From: Fimicolochytrium jonesii
Taxonomy: Eukaryota
DNA: 64,000 nucleotides
Assembly (NCBI RefSeq): GCF_025526975.1
Contig: NW_026515680.1
Coordinates: 620,001 to 684,000 of the forward strand
Reading direction: 5' to 3'
This document shows positions 60,661-64,000 of this stretch, one piece after another. Made by a program: the position numbers and the translations under genes. The notes under the pieces are model-generated. The model saw only the letters and a list, made by a program, of their open reading frames with translations, made no database searches and was not told where the DNA came from. How positions within the stretch are numbered: position 1 is the first letter of the stretch; every line of letters starts with the position of its first letter.

Positions 60661-62947
60661 AGCGTCAGTGTGCTCGCTCTGCAGACCTCGCCTTACGCAT
60701 CTTTCGCGTAGTGCAGGCCTCTTTCCCTCCAAACTGTCGTTCAGAGTCTCGATGCGGAACCCGCTTACCTGCCGAAGCAAGGGGACGGGTCGCAAGAAAG
60801 CCCGCGGCCCCAATGAGCATCGATTGTATGCTTGGAGGGACACGCCTCCTTGGGGCACATGTCCACATACCGGCAAAGCCGCTCGCTGCAAGAGAGTGAG
60901 GAACAAGACGTTAACACCATCTCAAAACGGAACGTTGCAATGCGAGTACCCCACTTTGGCTTCGTCCTTGGACATTGGCGACGGTTTCGCGGCACGACAG
61001 CAACGTCAAAATCCACACGCCAAATGAGCTAAAAGGTTCACGTCGAGGCAACTAAACACTTCACAATGCGCTCCGCCATAAAGTTGAGGGCCGATAGCAA
61101 GAAATGGTACAACGCCCGTACAAAACGCCGGTATGTTGCCTTTCGTTGACGCACAAAGTCACCTCTTGCTCTGAAACCTCGTGCATACATATAAGCGCCT
61201 CGCAAAAAGAGAAAAGGAGCCGAAGGCGTGCCCGTTTGCGACCGTGAGTACGCGAAAGGTGCTGCGGCGATGAACTTTCTGGTCTTGAATGTGTTGAAAA
61301 ACCTATCCGCCTTTGGCCACAACTCTTACAACTCTTTGGCCGTGTAGAGCGCGCTGTCACGGTAAGCATGCATCAATGGAAGAGTCCGACTGCCAATTCC
61401 GAAAAGACATTGATTGGCTTCTGCGCAAACCCGGTGTTGGGGCCTCGGCGGCATGGTACATCGTGGCGATTGAGCCCGTAGACTTTCCCGAGATGTGGAA
61501 TATTACCGCCTCAAATGGGGTCGATGTTTGTGCTCCCGGCCCGCTTGCTGCCCGGGGGTTTACTCATCGACGTTATGGCTCGGACGGGTACTCGCATGTA
61601 GCAACGGCCACGTCGGGCCTGTTTTCGGCAGCGCTGTGTTTGTATATCTGGATCAGGCTCTGTTGGGAGATGATGCATTTGCGAGACGAAGAAGCAACCA
61701 TGACCTTTCAATAAATTCCCTCTCCCCCTCCTCTGTCGACTTTGTTGGTATCTCCTTAGCTCCAATAAGATGGAGCGAATTGCAATACATGAATTGAAAG
61801 ACGACGGCTCCTCCGGGGCAATCTTGACCCGTCCGTTCAAATTGAGGAGCACTGCCATGGGAAATGAGGGCCATACTTCGGGTGTAGGGCCGGATGAGCG
61901 CTTCCTGCTCGACAGTAATGATTGAAATCCATCTCAATCGCTCCTGCAAAATATCACGGCGCTCCAAAACTGCTCTTCCACCTGCCGTCGGTATCCTGCT
62001 TTGTATATTAACTCGAACATTTGAGCACGCGGCGTTTTGTCCTGCGTTCGGAATGGTCGGAGGCATGATCATGGACTTTTTTTTTATCTTTCTGTTCCTC
62101 AATCACTGCGTAGCTTGAGCGGAAGTCAGATGTGGTGTTTTAGCAGCGAAGCTAATCCGTAGACTGGCCAAAATTTGACAGGACCATGAAGGTGACTTGG
62201 CGACAAAAAATACAATCCATCGGAGCCTTTACCTCCGACTCAACGACACGTCCAAAACCACACCAGCGCAACATCAAGATCCAGCACGCAAAACGATACT
62301 GCAAACAGCTTTTAATTCTTGTTTGATATCACACGCGAGAGTTACTATTTTCTTATACGAGTACAGCGAGCGCTGGAACGGGAAGAGGAGCAATGGATCG
62401 CACGAACATACCTAGGGAGCCGACGCAGGGCTGCGATGGCCGAAGTTTTGGGAGATACGGTAGCGCATCTCGACATTTGGGATGCAGAGTCACGTAAGCA
62501 CTTATCCAACTTAAAAAAAAGGAGTCCGGCAGAGCGTGCTGCAACTGTCGTTGGTGATGTCCTGAGGGAAACGAGAACGTGAGCACCGATGATTGACGCA
62601 AGCCGCCGAGACTCGAAGGCGCTCAGCCGCATTCGCATCCAATCCAGTTCCCTTTGCGAGTTGGAATTTTCCTGGCGAGGAACGTGAAGCGCGACAGGAG
62701 AAAGCGGTGATCAGCACCGCATCGACCGCGAATCGGACTATCACCCGCCTCGATGCCGAGCGCTCGTCTGTACTTCCCTTGAACCGAATTCGCGTTTCAG
62801 GCTGTTGAAAACTGGCGTCCATCTACAGAGAGCCGCCGTAGGCGGGGAGATTGCTATGGCTGCAAAGCCCCTGCAATGCCGTTATGCTTACTAGTGCACG
62901 GTGCCTGGAAGCCAGTGGACAGTCTCTGCCTTAGAGGAATGTCAGGA

Positions 62948-62983
62948 GGGGTTAGGGTTAACCCTTTCATTAACCCTAACCCC
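62948..62983. repeat. Inverted telomere-like repeat (TTAGGG/CCCTAA), 14-bp perfect stem
   Basis: GGGGTTAGGGTTAA-ccctttca-TTAACCCTAACCCC. Confidence 0.8.
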
Positions 62984-64000
62984 ACATGGAGCTAGAGATT
63001 GCAATTCATCAGCGGCAGGCAGATCCCAAAGGCACTCACAGCATTACCGGTTCAAGCGTGAGATGGTTGCATGTAGTTCAGCTGACTATCCCCAGCTGGT
63101 CAAAGAAAAAATTTCTCACGTATGGGGAAGATGTTGGTCTTTGAAGTGGTGAAGGCAGTAAGAAGGGAACGAAAGCAACGGCGCAGAGGCCGGTGAAGAA
63201 GAGTCACTGTCAGTCAGATGCGGCACGCGTCGCGGCCGTTGGTCATATGAGCCCTGCGCGTTTCCCCCGTACGGGACACCATGCGACGAGCGCTAGGGCT
63301 CTGTCTGCTTTGCAGCCATAAAAAATATGCGAATGCGAGCGCTTGCTGCACCCGTTGGGCACTGGTCTCTGATGTCGGTAAGAAAGGAAAAGAAGAGTGG
63401 AAACCAGAACCACTTCAGGTGTGCATCGATACGGTCGGCCGCCTCCAACGCGTCGACGCACCTATATATATAGACGTGATTGATCTTTGGCCTCGCCTTG
63501 ATTCATGTACTATCCAACGCCGCTAAAGACTTTATGCGAATGCGGAGCAGAGTGGATCCTCCAGGCTTCTTAGCGCGTGCCGAAGGACTGAAGAGTGCTG
63601 CGACGAGGATACCTCAGGAAGAGAGATGCAGTGTAAGAATGGAGGGACAAGGAGATGCGCGTTGAAAGGTTCGCATACGTACCGCCGCAAGTTGTAACAA
63701 GAAAAGGTGTTATGAAAAAATTTAGGGAGCTTCCACGCTGGCTGTACAAGTACATCCAGTTGGTAACCTCCGCACGTCGGCCCCCGGCAACGCACGTTTA
63801 CGGTCAGAGCTGCAATCTTGTCCCAGCCCGTACGGACAAGACCACCTCCAGCACCCAGTTGCAGGAATCAAAAAGGACCCACGACCGGAATGCTGGGTAC
63901 CCCGGGCTCCATAGCCTTCCCATTGTGCCGAACCAGGACGCAAGATATTGGGCCTCCACTGTAGTATACTCTATATGTGGGCTGAAACGGAAAGACATTA

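Noticed and set aside
61313..62582. Fragments of a possible membrane-protein gene
   Set aside because: The short ORFs could not be joined into a coherent spliced model.

Overview
This is eukaryotic genomic DNA: gene-dense, GC-rich, with short (about 55-90 nt) GT-AG introns and CTRAC-like branch points. The gene content suggests a zoosporic or other early-diverging fungus (chytrid-like); that assignment is an inference. Most real genes are spliced, so the ORF track fragments them, and I rebuilt the exons by eye. Recognisable genes are a CRAL-TRIO lipid-binding protein, a Tma17/Adc17-like protein, a small TPR-like protein, an F-box protein, a PARP-type zinc-finger protein, a Josephin deubiquitinase, a PPR protein, an ABCC/MRP transporter, a MICOS Mic12/Mic13-like protein, a METTL4-type MT-A70 methyltransferase and an F-box+ankyrin protein. 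The main highlight is a head-to-head pair of paralogous class C (GABA-B-like) GPCR genes at 33057-38551 (-) and 39105-44705 (+). Both have beta-helix/EGF/SEA-like ectodomains and C-terminal PH-like domains. One keeps the canonical signalling motifs and the other has lost them, which suggests a co-regulated asymmetric heterodimeric receptor. Accessory regions hold a decayed, intron-containing Fanzor (TnpB-like) relic, a REase-fold gene interrupted by a TA-flanked MITE, and an FCP1-like pseudophosphatase interrupted by a second MITE. All family calls come from motif recognition by eye; no searches were run.
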